NCBI GenBank assembly: GCA_001724265.1 | Contig: MEDY01000047.1 | Location: 62,001-109,138 of the forward strand | DNA: 47,138 nt | Direction of reading: 5' to 3' | Source of the DNA: Rhizaria sp. SCN 62-66 | Lineage: Eukaryota | Shown: positions 11,452-22,800 of the stretch, in pieces | Numbering within the stretch: the first letter of the stretch is position 1 | Layout of the letters: every line of letters starts with the position of its first letter | Position numbers and translations under genes: made by a program | Notes under the pieces: generated by a model | Databases searched by the model: none | Told to the model about the DNA's origin: nothing | What the model saw: only the letters and a program-made list of their open reading frames with translations

Positions 11452-12024
11452 CTACCGGTCTTGCGCGCTGTTGGCGTTGGTGTTGCTGCTGTTGCCGTTG
11501 ACGATGGCGGCGTCATAAGCCTGGCGCGCGCTATCCATGCTATACTGGCCGTCAAGCGCCTTCTGCTGCATGCGGAAGTAGTAGTCCGCCGGCACAGGCA
11601 CCGGTTTCGCGCCCTCACCGTCTACAAAGCGGACCTGCGCGTTCAACGGCATGTACACGACACTGGGGAAAGCAGTGGGGAAGAGCATTTTGGCGAGGAT
11701 ACGCGCGAGTTGGAAGCCGACGCCGTATGCCATGCCGGCGATTACCTGCTTAAACATGAAGGGCCGCGCGAGGTCCCAGATCACGAGCGCGGCGCGGAGC
11801 CAGTTGCGGAAGAAGCGTTTGATGGTGTCGAGCCATGTGGGAGGACGGCAGTGCGAAGGGCAGGAGCACGTGCAAACGGCGTCGGGGGCAAATTGCGCGG
11901 TGATGTTAAGCGCGCGAAGGGTCGTGGGGCCTGTGAGTGGTGCGGGGGCGATCGGGGCGGCCACGGGGAGTGCGGCGGGCGTCGCGGGGGCAGCGGGTGC
12001 GGAGGACCCGGTGGCGGTGGACAT
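11452..12024 (-). CDS. Hypothetical 190-aa protein with a Cys cluster (CTCSCPSHC) and a central amphipathic/hydrophobic segment
   Basis: ATG-initiated GC-rich ORF with coding-like codons and Pro/Ala-rich N-terminus. It ends in TAG immediately followed by an in-frame ATG. Confidence 0.65.
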   Translation of the reverse strand: MSTATGSSAPAAPATPAALPVAAPIAPAPLTGPTTLRALNITAQFAPDAVCTCSCPSHCRPPTWLDTIKRFFRNWLRAALVIWDLARPFMFKQVIAGMAYGVGFQLARILAKMLFPTAFPSVVYMPLNAQVRFVDGEGAKPVPVPADYYFRMQQKALDGQYSMDSARQAYDAAIVNGNSSNTNANSAQDR

Positions 12025-12692
12025 TCAGAACCGGGTATATAACGGTAGTATAAGTCGCTCAAGCAGTGATAAGTTGCGTCAGTGATTAATTTCTTGGTTT
12101 CTGTTTGTGGGTAAGTATTTCGATGTGAAGGGAATTGTTTGCGTGAGATACAGTGTGTTTTCGGGGATGGTGCGGAGGCAAGTGGTGTGACAGCGCGGTG
12201 AGCTGTTGGGGAAAGACGCATAGCGCGCGATCATAAGGGATCATTGGAATATAATTTAAGTATGGCATAGATAACTCCTTATAAGAACATATATACGGCG
12301 TGCATTGCTAATTGACGATTGCACATGTGTCTACAGAAGAGGCAATCGGTCCTTCGCGCCATCGCTCTTTGACTTGAGGCTGGTTCGAGCCTGGCCGAGT
12401 CGGGTGAGTCAGCGTGCCAAAGTTTGATATTTCCGAGATCCATTCCAGTCTGCCCACGTCCGTTGTGTGACTTCTGTTTCGATTATCCTTATGTACTTGC
12501 TGTGATCTGCATTATATTAATTGAAAACCACTCTACAGCTCCGAGATTGTGCTACCATGTCTCTTAATTCCACTCGCCTCACCGCTCTCTCCACTCGCGT
12601 GCCTTTCCAATCCCCTCCAGACAAGCTTCATCTCTTCCAGTCACTGCCACACACCCATCCCCTACCCACACTTTTCCCCACTCCTCATCCCG

Positions 12693-13855
12693 ATGGGTCA
12701 AGCAGTTTCCGTCGCGTTCTGCCCCGGCAACCGCCCGAAGCGCGGCGCTGACGGCGAAGACGCCGCCGACTCGGCCGCTCCCTCCCCCGTTGGCGCCGGC
12801 GCTGGCGCCACAGCCGACGGTTACGACCTCGAGGCCCAGATTCTGCCGCCCAGCTCCAAGGCCGCCGCTGCTGCTGCCGCCGCCGGTGGCAGCGCTGGCA
12901 ACTCAGCGCTGTGCGGTGTGATCGACGCTAACGGCCAGCCCAAGTGCAACTGCGCCGAGTCTGGCCACGCCCACGGTCTCTCGGCCGCCACGACCGCCGC
13001 GGCGGCCGCGCTGCTGCCGTCGGCCAACGTCGGCACCGACGTCGTCGCCCCGTTTAAGCCGCTGCTGTTCACCATGGCCGTTGGTCCCCTGCAGTGCAAT
13101 ATGAGCATCGTTGGCGACCCCGTGACCAAGGAGGCAGTTTTGGTTGACCCGGGAGGCGACGCGGGCAAGATTATCGAGAAGATCACCGAGATGGGCGTTA
13201 AGATTACTAAGATTCTCATCACGCACGCGCATTTTGACCACTTTCTCGCGGCGGGTGAGCTCAGGAAGGAGACGGGCGCTCAAGTCTTCCTTCACCAGGT
13301 AAGCAGCAATCTTGCTACTTTTTACTTATCTTGCTTTATCTCAATCATATCTTGCATTTGAAATCTAGATTTAAATTTCTACGTGTATTATGACATCTAA
13401 CATTGAAATGCTTTTTTTTTTCTTTTTCTTTTTATTAACGTGATATATAGGCGGACCGCGTGCTGTGGGAGTTCCTGCCCATGCAGCTCCGCATGCTCGG
13501 CATGGTTCTCTCCCGCGAAGCCATCGCCGACATCGGCAAGCCCGACGCATGGCTGACCGACAAGATGCAGCTCGGTCTCCTTGACGGCGTCGTTATCCAC
13601 ACGCCGGGACACTCGGAGGGCTCGTGCTGCTTCTACTTCCACGACTCACGCCTCCTGTTAGCAGGTGACACGCTTTTCCGCGGTGCTGTCGGCCGGTCGG
13701 ACATGCTTGGCGGATCCCCCGAGAAGCTTAAGGACTCGATTGTCAACAAGTTGTACACGCTGCCCGATGAAGTGACTGTGATCACTGGGCACGGACCGAG
13801 CACGATGATTGGGCATGAGAAGCGCAACAACAGCTACATTCGCGCTGAGCTGTGA
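12693..13855 (+). CDS. Metallo-beta-lactamase-fold hydrolase (YcbL/GloC, glyoxalase II-like) with N-terminal acylation extension; exons 12693-13298 and 13451-13855
   Basis: Motifs VGPLQCN, LVDPGG, THAHFDH (HxHxDH), HTPGHSEG, GDTLF, GRSD and GHGPST. GTAAGC...TAG intron at 13299-13450, phase 0. Confidence 0.88.
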
Positions 13856-14464
13856 GTCACTACTTGAGTCACAGGATGACTAGAATGATATTTTATCGTT
13901 TAGATTATGAATATTGTATGATAGACCGGTGATAGAATGTGGAAGCTAATATGAGGGCCTATATAGCCCTTTTTTCCTTCTTTGGAACACTCTCCAATAC
14001 AATTTCATGATTAACAACAACGTCAACGCAGCAAGCGCAGCCGTCACTTTCACCCTTGCATCATGTTGTGGTGCCATTGCAAAATTTGTTTTGTTGACAT
14101 TGACGATATAGTTTTGAATGAATGTGTTGTATATTCTTTGTGAGAAACAGACTCGCCTCTAGCTGTCAACATCACCATCGTCATCATAATCCCGGGAATA
14201 ACTGTGCAACACAGAGAACACCACGAGAGCAACAACAAAGAGTGGTATTGAACTGCAAGAGCAGTCCAATTGTGAACGTTAATACTACATCTAATACAAC
14301 GACGGAAGAAAGAGCGAGATGAACATTTGCGTCCATGCAGCAAGAGTGTGAACTCTCAACAACACACACGCGCTAATAGTCATCTCAGCACCACAGAACC
14401 AAACCCCAGCCTAACAATTTACAGCTGACATCGTGATTGCAGTTGTATGTCACCGTCGTCGCGC

Positions 14465-16613
14465 TTAGAACGCGATGTTGCCGTTGGCAGCATCCGTCTC
14501 GGCAGCGTTACGGTTGGCCTTGATCTTCTCAAGCTCCTTGGCCGCAGACTCGAGGTCAGCCATGGTCTTGACGTACTTGTCAACCATAGGCTTGCAGGCC
14601 TTGGTCTTGAGCTCAGCCTCAGCGCAGTCACCATCAGTCTTGGCGGCCTTGAGGCACTGCTTGACCTTCTTGTCGGCGGCCTGGCACTCCTTGAACTCAG
14701 CCTGCTTCTCCTGGATGAACTTCTGCTTGGGCTTCATCTTGTTCGACTGCTTGTCAGCCTCAGCACCGAGCTTCTGGGCCTCCTCATCGAGCAGCTGGAG
14801 GTCGCGGACCTGCTTGCCGAGCTTGGCAGCCTTGTTGGCAGAGAAATCAGTCGCGGCGACAAACTTGTTGCACTTAGCCTTGGCGACGTTGCAGTCGCCC
14901 TTGGCAAGAACACCGGGCATAGCGCAGGTCTTGACGACGAGGCCGCACTGCTTGACAGCGCGCTCAATCTTGGCCTTGGCAACCTTGGCGTGGAAGCACG
15001 CCTTCTTGGAGATCTGGCACGTGCGGAGGTTGACACCCTGGCCACTGCACGACTTCTCAGAGCTAGCGCAGACGTCAGAGGCGTCCTTGGTGAGCAGGTT
15101 CTGGCGGGCCTCAAGCTCGGCAGACTCGACAGGGACAAACTTGTCGAGGCGCTTGTTAACGCGGTCCTCCCACACCCAGGCGTTCTTGGACGCGACGATA
15201 CCGGCGGACTCGGGCTCAGTGTTGACGACCTTGGTGAGCTTCTTGCGGAGCGACGCGTTGTCGCCCTTGAGCAGAGTCTGGTCGCGCTTGGGGGCAAACT
15301 TCTTGCCACCCTTCTTGCCGGCGATGCGGGCGCGGCGGGGCGCGGCACGGCGGGCAGACTTGCGGGCACGGGAGTGCTTCTTGCCAGCGGCACGCTTGCC
15401 ACGGCGGGCCTTCTTGGTGGCCTTCTTGGCCTTGCGGTTGGACGCCTTGGCCTTCTTGAGGGTGCGCTTGGGGTGCTTGATGGCCTTCTTGATGGCCGAG
15501 ACCTTCATGCCGGTGGACTTAGCAAGCTTCTTAAGCTGAGCCTTGGACTTGAGCACCTTGGACTTGAGGGCAGCACCGCCCTTCTTGAACTGGGTGGCGA
15601 GCTTCTTGAGAACACCGTTCTTCTTGGTGACACGGGCCTGACGACGCTTAGCACGAGTGACGCGGCGGGTGGCACGCTTCTTGGCAGCGGCGGTGCGGCG
15701 AGCAGCACGCTTGGGGGCCGCACGACGGGGGCCAGCACGACGAGGACCAGCACGACGAGGAGCGTGCTTGGGGGCATGCCTGCGGGCAGCAGGCTTGGCA
15801 GCGGCGGGCTTGCGAGCGCGGCGGCGGCGGCGGCGACGACGGCCAGAGTCAGCCTCATACTCGGCATCGGCCTCGACCTCAGAGTCAAGGGCCATCAGAG
15901 CCTCGGACTCAGCGTCAACCTCAGCCTCAGCCTCGGTCTCGATGAGGGAGTCTGTGGTCAGGTGGCAACAATAGGTGCAGGTGGAGGGAAAAAGATGTGA
16001 GAATAAGAGTAGAGCGAGTAAGCTTCTAGGGACAAATAATCATGCGAAGAATCGACGCGGAAGTGGAGGTTCTAGAGCGGTAAAGTGCAAGGGGCAGGGA
16101 ACAGGGGCAGGGGCAAAGGGGGACACAAAGACGTACAGGGCTTCTCGGCGTTGACAAAGTCATCGACGGCAACCTCAGAGGACACCTCGAAGGCTATAGA
16201 GAGGATAGAAGAAGGCAAGGAAAGGCGAGAAAGGGGTAACCGTGAGCAGGGAAGGTCGTAAAAGGGGGGTGGGAAGGGGCGGCGAGAAAGGAGCTCGGGC
16301 TGGTGAGGGTGAGGGGCCTCAGAAAACAAAGCTTGGTCAGTGCCGACAAAGCCCATGCAAGAGATTTGCGGATAGATTGAGGCACTGCTTCGAGCTAGTA
16401 AAAACTATTAGTTGGATGGCAATATCGGTTCAGGCCCTGAGTGGAGCAGACAAAGGGGCAAGAGAGGGCGAGGGGGGCACCAAGTCTCAAGGAGCCACCA
16501 CTCGCGGGCAAAAAGGGTTCATACAGCGCACAAGGAGCGGGAAACGTACCGAACGACGAGCCAACAACGGCAGCGAACGCCAGAGCAAACAGGAAGGCAA
16601 GAGAAGACTTCAT
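14465..16613 (-). CDS. Predicted secreted protein, ~535 aa: signal peptide, acidic segment, poly-Arg/H1-like basic domain, Cys-rich helical C-terminus; exons 16613-16550, 16193-16137, 15951-14465
   Basis: MKSSLAFLFALAFAAVVGSSF is signal-like. Two GTACGT-AG phase-1 introns give a continuous frame (SSF-A-FEVSSEVAVDDFVNAEKP-Y-SLIETEAEAEV). Codon bias is very strong. Confidence 0.8.
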
Positions 16614-17050
16614 TTCGCTCGTACACGATTGGCAATGATCCTCAAAATTTCCGCCCCCTGATCTCCCACTGGGGCTCCAGTGGGCTGGGCCAGCGACCGA
16701 GCCCACAGTCGCCAGAAGCTCCAATGCCCACGGTCCCTCAAAGTTTGGTCGCCTCTCGGTGCGAAAGTTAGGCCGGAGCTAATTGAGAGTGTCAATTATA
16801 TATATCAAGACTATTATGAAAATACAAATAAGTTGGTGTTTTAGAACTAGTGAAACGTGTATTACCGCACACCCCGGGAATTTTCCCGCCAATAGCGCGG
16901 CAAGGTGGTATATTTTCTTCTTTTATGTTTTTACGGTGAGCCCTCGTGAAGCTGTTTACGAACGATTATGTGACTAAAGAACGTATAAATGAAAGGTTTT
17001 TGTTTGTTATTGAAGTATTATTATTTTTCAAGTGTTATGCGCTTTGTTAT

Positions 17051-18529
17051 TTACGCCTTGATCGCAGACTTCTTGGACTTAGGGGCAACAGGAGCCTCCT
17101 CCTCGTCGTCCTCGGCAGTCTCGAGCGCACGCTTGCGGTCCTTCTTGTCCTTCTTGTCCTTCTTGTCCGCCTTCTCGGACGAAGCAGCAGCAGAGACGAC
17201 CATAGTGGGGACATCGGGGTCGAAGGCATCGAGCGCGGCCTTGGCAGCGTCCATCGCCTCGCTATTCTTGCGCGGCGCGGTGCCCGACTTGTAAAAGTCA
17301 AGCCGCTCCTCGAGCTGCTTGCGGAGCTCCTGACCGTAGAACGGCACAGTGGTATCCTCCTCGCTGAACGCGTCGATACGCGCCGCGATGGAGCACTTGT
17401 TGGCGACGGCGCGGGAAATGCGGCCCTTGTTCTTCTCGCTCGCGCGGGAGATGTACGTCGAGTGGTAGATCAGACCGTGCTTCGGGGTGCGAGCGCCGGT
17501 CTGCGCCTTGGTCTTGAGGGCGCGGAAAAGAGCCTTCTCGGCACCGAGGATCTGGACCGTGGACGCGGGGGCCTTGGCGAGCGCGAGGAGCGAGCCGGCC
17601 TTGGCGATGAGGCGCGCGCCAACCTGGTCGCCGAGGATGGCGGCGAGGTTGGGCGCGCACTGGTGCATCTTGGTGCCAACGTAGGCGAGCAGCGACGCAC
17701 GCCACGAGTGCAGAGACACGACGCGGTCGAGGAACGCGTGGAGGTTGACCGAGTCGACGTCGGACAGCAGAGCGCCCATCGAGTGCTTGGCCATCTCGAT
17801 GACCTGCTCGGCGAGTACGTCGTCGTTGACGATGTCGGTGATCTCGGATAGCAGCGCGGGGGTGGATGAGTTGCGGGTCTGGATGAGCTTGGCGACCTGG
17901 CAGTAGGTGACGCCGTCGGGGACGAGGCGGGCGAGCTCGGGGAAGTGCACGCCGTACATCTCACGCACGCGCATGGTGAGGGTGTTGACATCCTTCTCGA
18001 GCTGGTCGAGCAGAGAGATCGACTGGATGATCATCGTGTCGATGCGGTGCACGTTGAACTTCACCTTGGAGCGGGAGAACGAGTGACAGAGACCAACCTG
18101 GGCCTGGTGGAGATCGGCCGCAGTGACGCCCTTGAGGTAGCGCACAAAGTGAAGACGGACACCACGGAGCAGCTCGATGACCATCTCGTTACGCTCGCAC
18201 TTGATGCCGAGAGTCTCGGAGATAGCGTTGCCGATCTTGGCGTCGACGGTGCCGAGAGCGACGGACTTGTCGGCCGGGACGTGCATCTGGAGCCAGTCAG
18301 CGAGGCCCTTGGTGATCTCGCCCTGGGAGATGGCACGGATCGAGTCGAGAGCGACGTCGGAAGTGCCGAAAGGGAGGAAAGCCTTGAGCTTGACGAGCTT
18401 GGAGAAACGCTCGATGTCGCCGATGGCCTTTTGGACCTCAGGGAGGCCCAGGCCGATCTCGTCGGCCTTGGCGCGCTCGAAAAGGCAGAAGCCCAGCGCC
18501 GACTCGAAGAGAAGGTACAAGGTGCTCAT
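17051..18529 (-). CDS. NOP56: Nucleolar protein 56 (box C/D snoRNP core)
   Basis: Motifs LYLLFESALG, SRSKVKFNVHRIDTMIIQSISLLDQL, PASTVQILGAEKALFRALKT, TPKHGLIYHS and KNKGRISR, plus a KKD tail. CDS is intronless. Confidence 0.95.
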   Translation of the reverse strand: MSTLYLLFESALGFCLFERAKADEIGLGLPEVQKAIGDIERFSKLVKLKAFLPFGTSDVALDSIRAISQGEITKGLADWLQMHVPADKSVALGTVDAKIGNAISETLGIKCERNEMVIELLRGVRLHFVRYLKGVTAADLHQAQVGLCHSFSRSKVKFNVHRIDTMIIQSISLLDQLEKDVNTLTMRVREMYGVHFPELARLVPDGVTYCQVAKLIQTRNSSTPALLSEITDIVNDDVLAEQVIEMAKHSMGALLSDVDSVNLHAFLDRVVSLHSWRASLLAYVGTKMHQCAPNLAAILGDQVGARLIAKAGSLLALAKAPASTVQILGAEKALFRALKTKAQTGARTPKHGLIYHSTYISRASEKNKGRISRAVANKCSIAARIDAFSEEDTTVPFYGQELRKQLEERLDFYKSGTAPRKNSEAMDAAKAALDAFDPDVPTMVVSAAASSEKADKKDKKDKKDRKRALETAEDDEEEAPVAPKSKKSAIKA

Positions 18530-19088
18530 CTGAAGGATAAGTTTTTAAGCGAGGACGCGAGGAGAGTGCGACAAACGCGGGTGAAGCGGAAACGTAGCGC
18601 AAGGGGAGATATGCGTGTTGTAGAAATGGTGGTGAGGTGGCATGGTGAATGACGCAAAGTTCGTAGAGAGCGAGACAGTGCGGTGGGGGCAGAGTTGGCA
18701 GGAGCAAGGTTGGCAAACGAAGCGGAGGACAATGGGAAATTAAGGATATGGGAGCAAGAGAGAGAGAAAGAGGGACAAGAGTAGTATAGTTAGTGAGATG
18801 AAGTGCGGAAAAAACGGTGTGATAATGTGAGAGAGGACGAAAGTACAGAGCAAGGCGGGGCAAACAAGGGGCGCACAGAGCAAGACACTCCTCGGAGATG
18901 GGTTCGATAGCGCGTGACAGAGACCATCCATGGAAGGACAAGGACAGCATAGCGCAGACCAACAAACATATACTTGGATAGAACATCTCATAGACTATCT
19001 CACACAATTGTCGCTTCACTATTCAGCGGTCGATATGCAGAGCTGCCTTGTATTTGCGGCCACCTTGCTCACACAGCCGAGAGACTGC

Positions 19089-19132
19089 TCGGTCGGTCAG
19101 TCAACCGAGACCGAAGTGGACTGACCGACCGA
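19089..19132. promoter_or_regulatory. Perfect 14-bp inverted repeat in the divergent intergenic region between NOP56 and the coiled-coil gene
   Basis: TCGGTCGGTCAGTC (19089-19102), a 16-nt spacer, then GACTGACCGACCGA (19119-19132). The regulatory role is inferred only from position. Confidence 0.5.
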
Positions 19133-19811
19133 ACCGAGACGGATGTGTCAGGCTGGGCTGCTCACGGTCACTCGGGCCCGAAAGTCAAGTCGCGTTGTCG
19201 ACTGGGACCGGCAGAAAGGAGCAGATATCTCGCGTTGTCGACATCTGGTCGGTCTTTGCATATTGCATCTATTAAAAAAGAATCACTTACATTTGATTTT
19301 GCGATTAGTTTTATATACAACGGAAGCTGCACGACGAGCTGGTGTTCGAAAGAGCCACCTGAGCCCTCGTCGTCTGTCTCCGGTCGAATCTGCCCTCGAA
19401 ACCCTCTCTGCCCAGTTTAAGTGTCATTCTAACGCAAATACGTATCTGCTTAACAAATGCTTGACTTGAACAATTCTACTCATACTAGTCATACTTCTTC
19501 TGCCTTCGCTTTTCCCTTCTTGCTGCCATGATCTTACCCGCCCACCCCCCTGCCTCCACCACAGCTCGACAGCACCACTCACTCCCACACTGGTCTGTCG
19601 GCCTGTTTTGACACTAACCACACGTCTAGCCCCGCCGAAACCCTCTACTGGCTCTTTTCAGTTGCTGCTGGGTTTTTCGTAGCTCTCTAGCTTCTTGTTA
19701 GCGCTCGCTGTAGCCTCCGGACACCCGTTGCTCGTGCAAGCTGTTTTTTTCTGACAGCAAGCCACACTGTGCCGCTCTCTCCCGTGACGCGCATCGACTG
19801 CCTCTCACAAC

Positions 19812-22800
19812 ATGAAGGCCATCAGCTCGTTTTTCGCGAGTAAAGAAGAGAAAGAGCGCGAAGCGGCCGCCGCCAAGGCCGCGGCCGCCGACGCCGCCGC
19901 GGCCGCCGAGCTGAAAGCCGCCGCCAACGCCGCCGCCGCCGCGATCATGGCGGGCCCTGGTGCGCCGAGACTGCCGCCCGCAGCCGCTGCGGCCGCGGCG
20001 GCGAAAAATGACGGCGGCGCGGCGCTGTTTGCGAAGGATATGGACGCTGTGAAGCTCGTTCTGGTGCCACATGTGCCGCAGCTCTACCACACGGGGCTCA
20101 TTTATGCCCAGGGCCACGACGAGACGGCTCCTGGCACTTTTCAGTGGTACCGCTCTACCCCCGTACGTATTGAACGTGTGATAGCCCAAAATCAATCTAT
20201 ATATCTATGTTAGTGTTCTTTTAACTCTTCTTATGCTCTCTGACTCAAACATCTTGCTTTTATTCTCTCTCTCTTGTTCTATTTATGATCGTCTAGGGTC
20301 CGAACGCGAGCTTCGAGTCTGTTTCTGTGACGATCGACAACGCCTACATGCCCAGCGTTGATGACATCGGCGCCAGCATCTCGTGCCAATGGATTCCCGA
20401 CAACGGGCTGCCCTCATCCTTCGCTGAGATTGGTCCCATCATTGCCAACCCAGACTCACTGCGCAACGCGCGCGCTCTCATGCGGAGCGGCGCTGTTAAC
20501 CTCGACGCCACCGTCGCTGTCTACGCACCTCCCGCGCACGCGAGCAGCGAAAGCGCGGCGTCTGCGGCCGTTGTGGCTGCTAATGCGGCCGCCGCGAGTG
20601 ATAATAGTCGTGAGACTAGTCGCACCTCTGCCCCCGGTACGTTTCCGTCAGAGAAATTGCATATCCGTATTAAGTGGGGATTTAGTTTCGTATAATTTGT
20701 AGTCAATGTATGTATTTAATTGTATTCATTGTTTTAATTCTTATTATACTCACATCCTGTGCCTCATATATTCAATATTATGACTTGTTGTTTTCTAGGA
20801 AGTGGAGCCCCGAGCGGTTCCCTGCCCTTCGGCGCAAACTACAAGCTCACCTTCACCCCCGAAACCACCACAGCGGTGCCCGTGACGGACCCCGACACCA
20901 ACCCGTCCGAGGTCGTCCTCAACGCCAACTTGGACCTCTCTCTCCCGTCGCTGTTGGAGCCCCTCCTGACAGTGTACGACAGTGGGACGGGCGCGGGGTA
21001 CACGGTCGAGCTCCCATCGCTGCGTATGCGTGATCTGATGGTGCTGCTGATGCGCGCGATTGCCACGGAGCAGCGTCAAAAGCAGATGCTTGAGTTGGAC
21101 GGCGTCGCTGTCTCGGGCTCACACGACAACACCGCGAGCAATACGAGCACACACGGCAGCTCGACGCCCGCCACGTCCCCCACCGCCGCCGCCACCGCCG
21201 CCACCGCCGCTGCCACTGCCGCTGCGGCTGCCCCTGTCGTCCCCGTCGCTGCCGCCGCTGCTGCCACGACTCCAGCGCCCGCTGCCAATAAGACTGAGAC
21301 TGCGAGTGCAAGTGCTCAGGCGTCAAAGCCTCCGGCGCCGCCCTCTCGCCCTCCGCCCTCAGCCACCCCGATCGCTGGTCCTGCCCCTAGCCCCTCTATC
21401 CCCGCTCTCAACAGCGCAACCTCCGTTTCCGAGTCTGTCACCGCGACTGTGGTGCCGTTGACCGTCCCCACCTCCACCAGCGCGCCCGCGACTGCGGCCG
21501 CGGCCGCGACTAGTGCAGCGAGTCCTCCTGACGCCTCCGCTGCGGCTGCTAACGCCGACGACCTCGTTGATGCGACCGCGGACCTGTTCCCGACCTCCTC
21601 GCCGTCTTTGGCGCCTCTCCCAGCCTCGGCCTCGGCGGCGCTCAGCAGCCGCGCGCGGTCCAACCGCACCGAGCATTCCCTCCGCACTGAGCTCGAAACG
21701 GCCAAGACAGACCTCGCTAAGCTCCGCGCCGAGCACGCCACCGCCGTGACGGAGCTGGCCTCACTCCGCGAGACGACCGCGGCCGCCATCGCCACCGCCG
21801 CCGCCGCCGCCAACGCCGCCGCGGCCGCCGCCACCAACGCCGCCTCCGAGGGGCCGTCACGGGAGGTCCTCGCTCTGCGCGCGAGCGTTGAGGAAGCCGC
21901 CGCCACCGCCGCAGGGCTCCGTGAGCGGCTCGCCAAGGCGGAGACCGAGGAGACGAAGCTTCGTGCCGAGACACAGGCTCTCACTGGCCGCCTCGCCGCT
22001 GCGGTCAAGCGAGGTGACGACGGAGACGCGTTCAAGAGCGGAAAAGAAGAAGCCGAGGCTGAGGTCAAAAAATGCAAGACGGAGCTGGAGGCGGCGAAAA
22101 AGAAAGCTGCGCGACTGGAGCAGGCGCAGACGGAAAGCCAAGCCGCGCAGGCGACGCTGAGCAAGAAGGTCGAGGCTGCTGAGGAAAAGGCGCGCGGCTT
22201 AACTTCCGAGCTGCGCGCGGCTGAGAGCAAGGCGGCGACTGCGGCTGCGGCGGTGGCTGCCGCGGAGGCCAAGGCTGCTGCTGCTGAAGTCAAGGACAAA
22301 GAGAAGGGCGCCGCCGCGAACAAGAAAGCTGCGAGTGCAGCGACAAAGGCGACCGAAGCCGCCGTTGCTGCCGCCAAGAAGGCCGCTGCTGCGGAGGCTG
22401 AGGCCGCTGTTGACGCAGTCAAGAAGGCTTGTGCCGCCGAAGTGGCGACCGTCAAGGCTGCTTTGGAGGCCAAGGAGGCGGAGATCACTGCCGCCAAGGA
22501 AGAGGCCGCGACCGCTGCCGCCGCCGCTGCTGCGGCCACCGCGACCGCCGCCGCTGCCACGGCCGCCGCGACCGCCGCTGCGAGCGAGCAGGCCGAGGCC
22601 GCGCCCGCCGCCGCCGCTGCCGCCGCCGCCGCCGCGACCGCCGCCGCGTCTGCCGCGACGGCCGCTGCGGAGACTGCCCGCGAGGCGCTCGCGAAAGAAC
22701 TCGCGGCCGCGCGTACCGAGCTCGAGGCGCTTAAGGCGGCTAATCAAAGTCAGGCCGCGACCGCCGCCGAGGCGCTCGCCGCCGCGGTGGCCGCTGCGCG

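Noticed and set aside
12375-12392. B-box-like hairpin AGGCT-GGTTCG-AGCCT
   Set aside because: Only a 5-bp stem with no tRNA cloverleaf, so it is expected by chance.
14447-16000. Long antisense or alternative-frame ORFs (e.g. 14447-16000 +, 2332-3630 +, 24597-26051 -, 21316-22560 -)
   Set aside because: These are shadows of GC-rich, codon-biased genes on the other strand or frame and have no independent motifs.
16194-16549. Hidden micro-exon or snoRNA in the 356-nt outlier intron
   Set aside because: No convincing internal donor/acceptor pair or C/D or H/ACA box arrangement was found by eye.
18530-18860. 5'-UTR intron of NOP56 (TTCAG directly before ATG), and a similar acceptor-like site at 4599 before the SHIPPO gene
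   Set aside because: Plausible acceptors, but no confident donor and no reading-frame constraint to test them.
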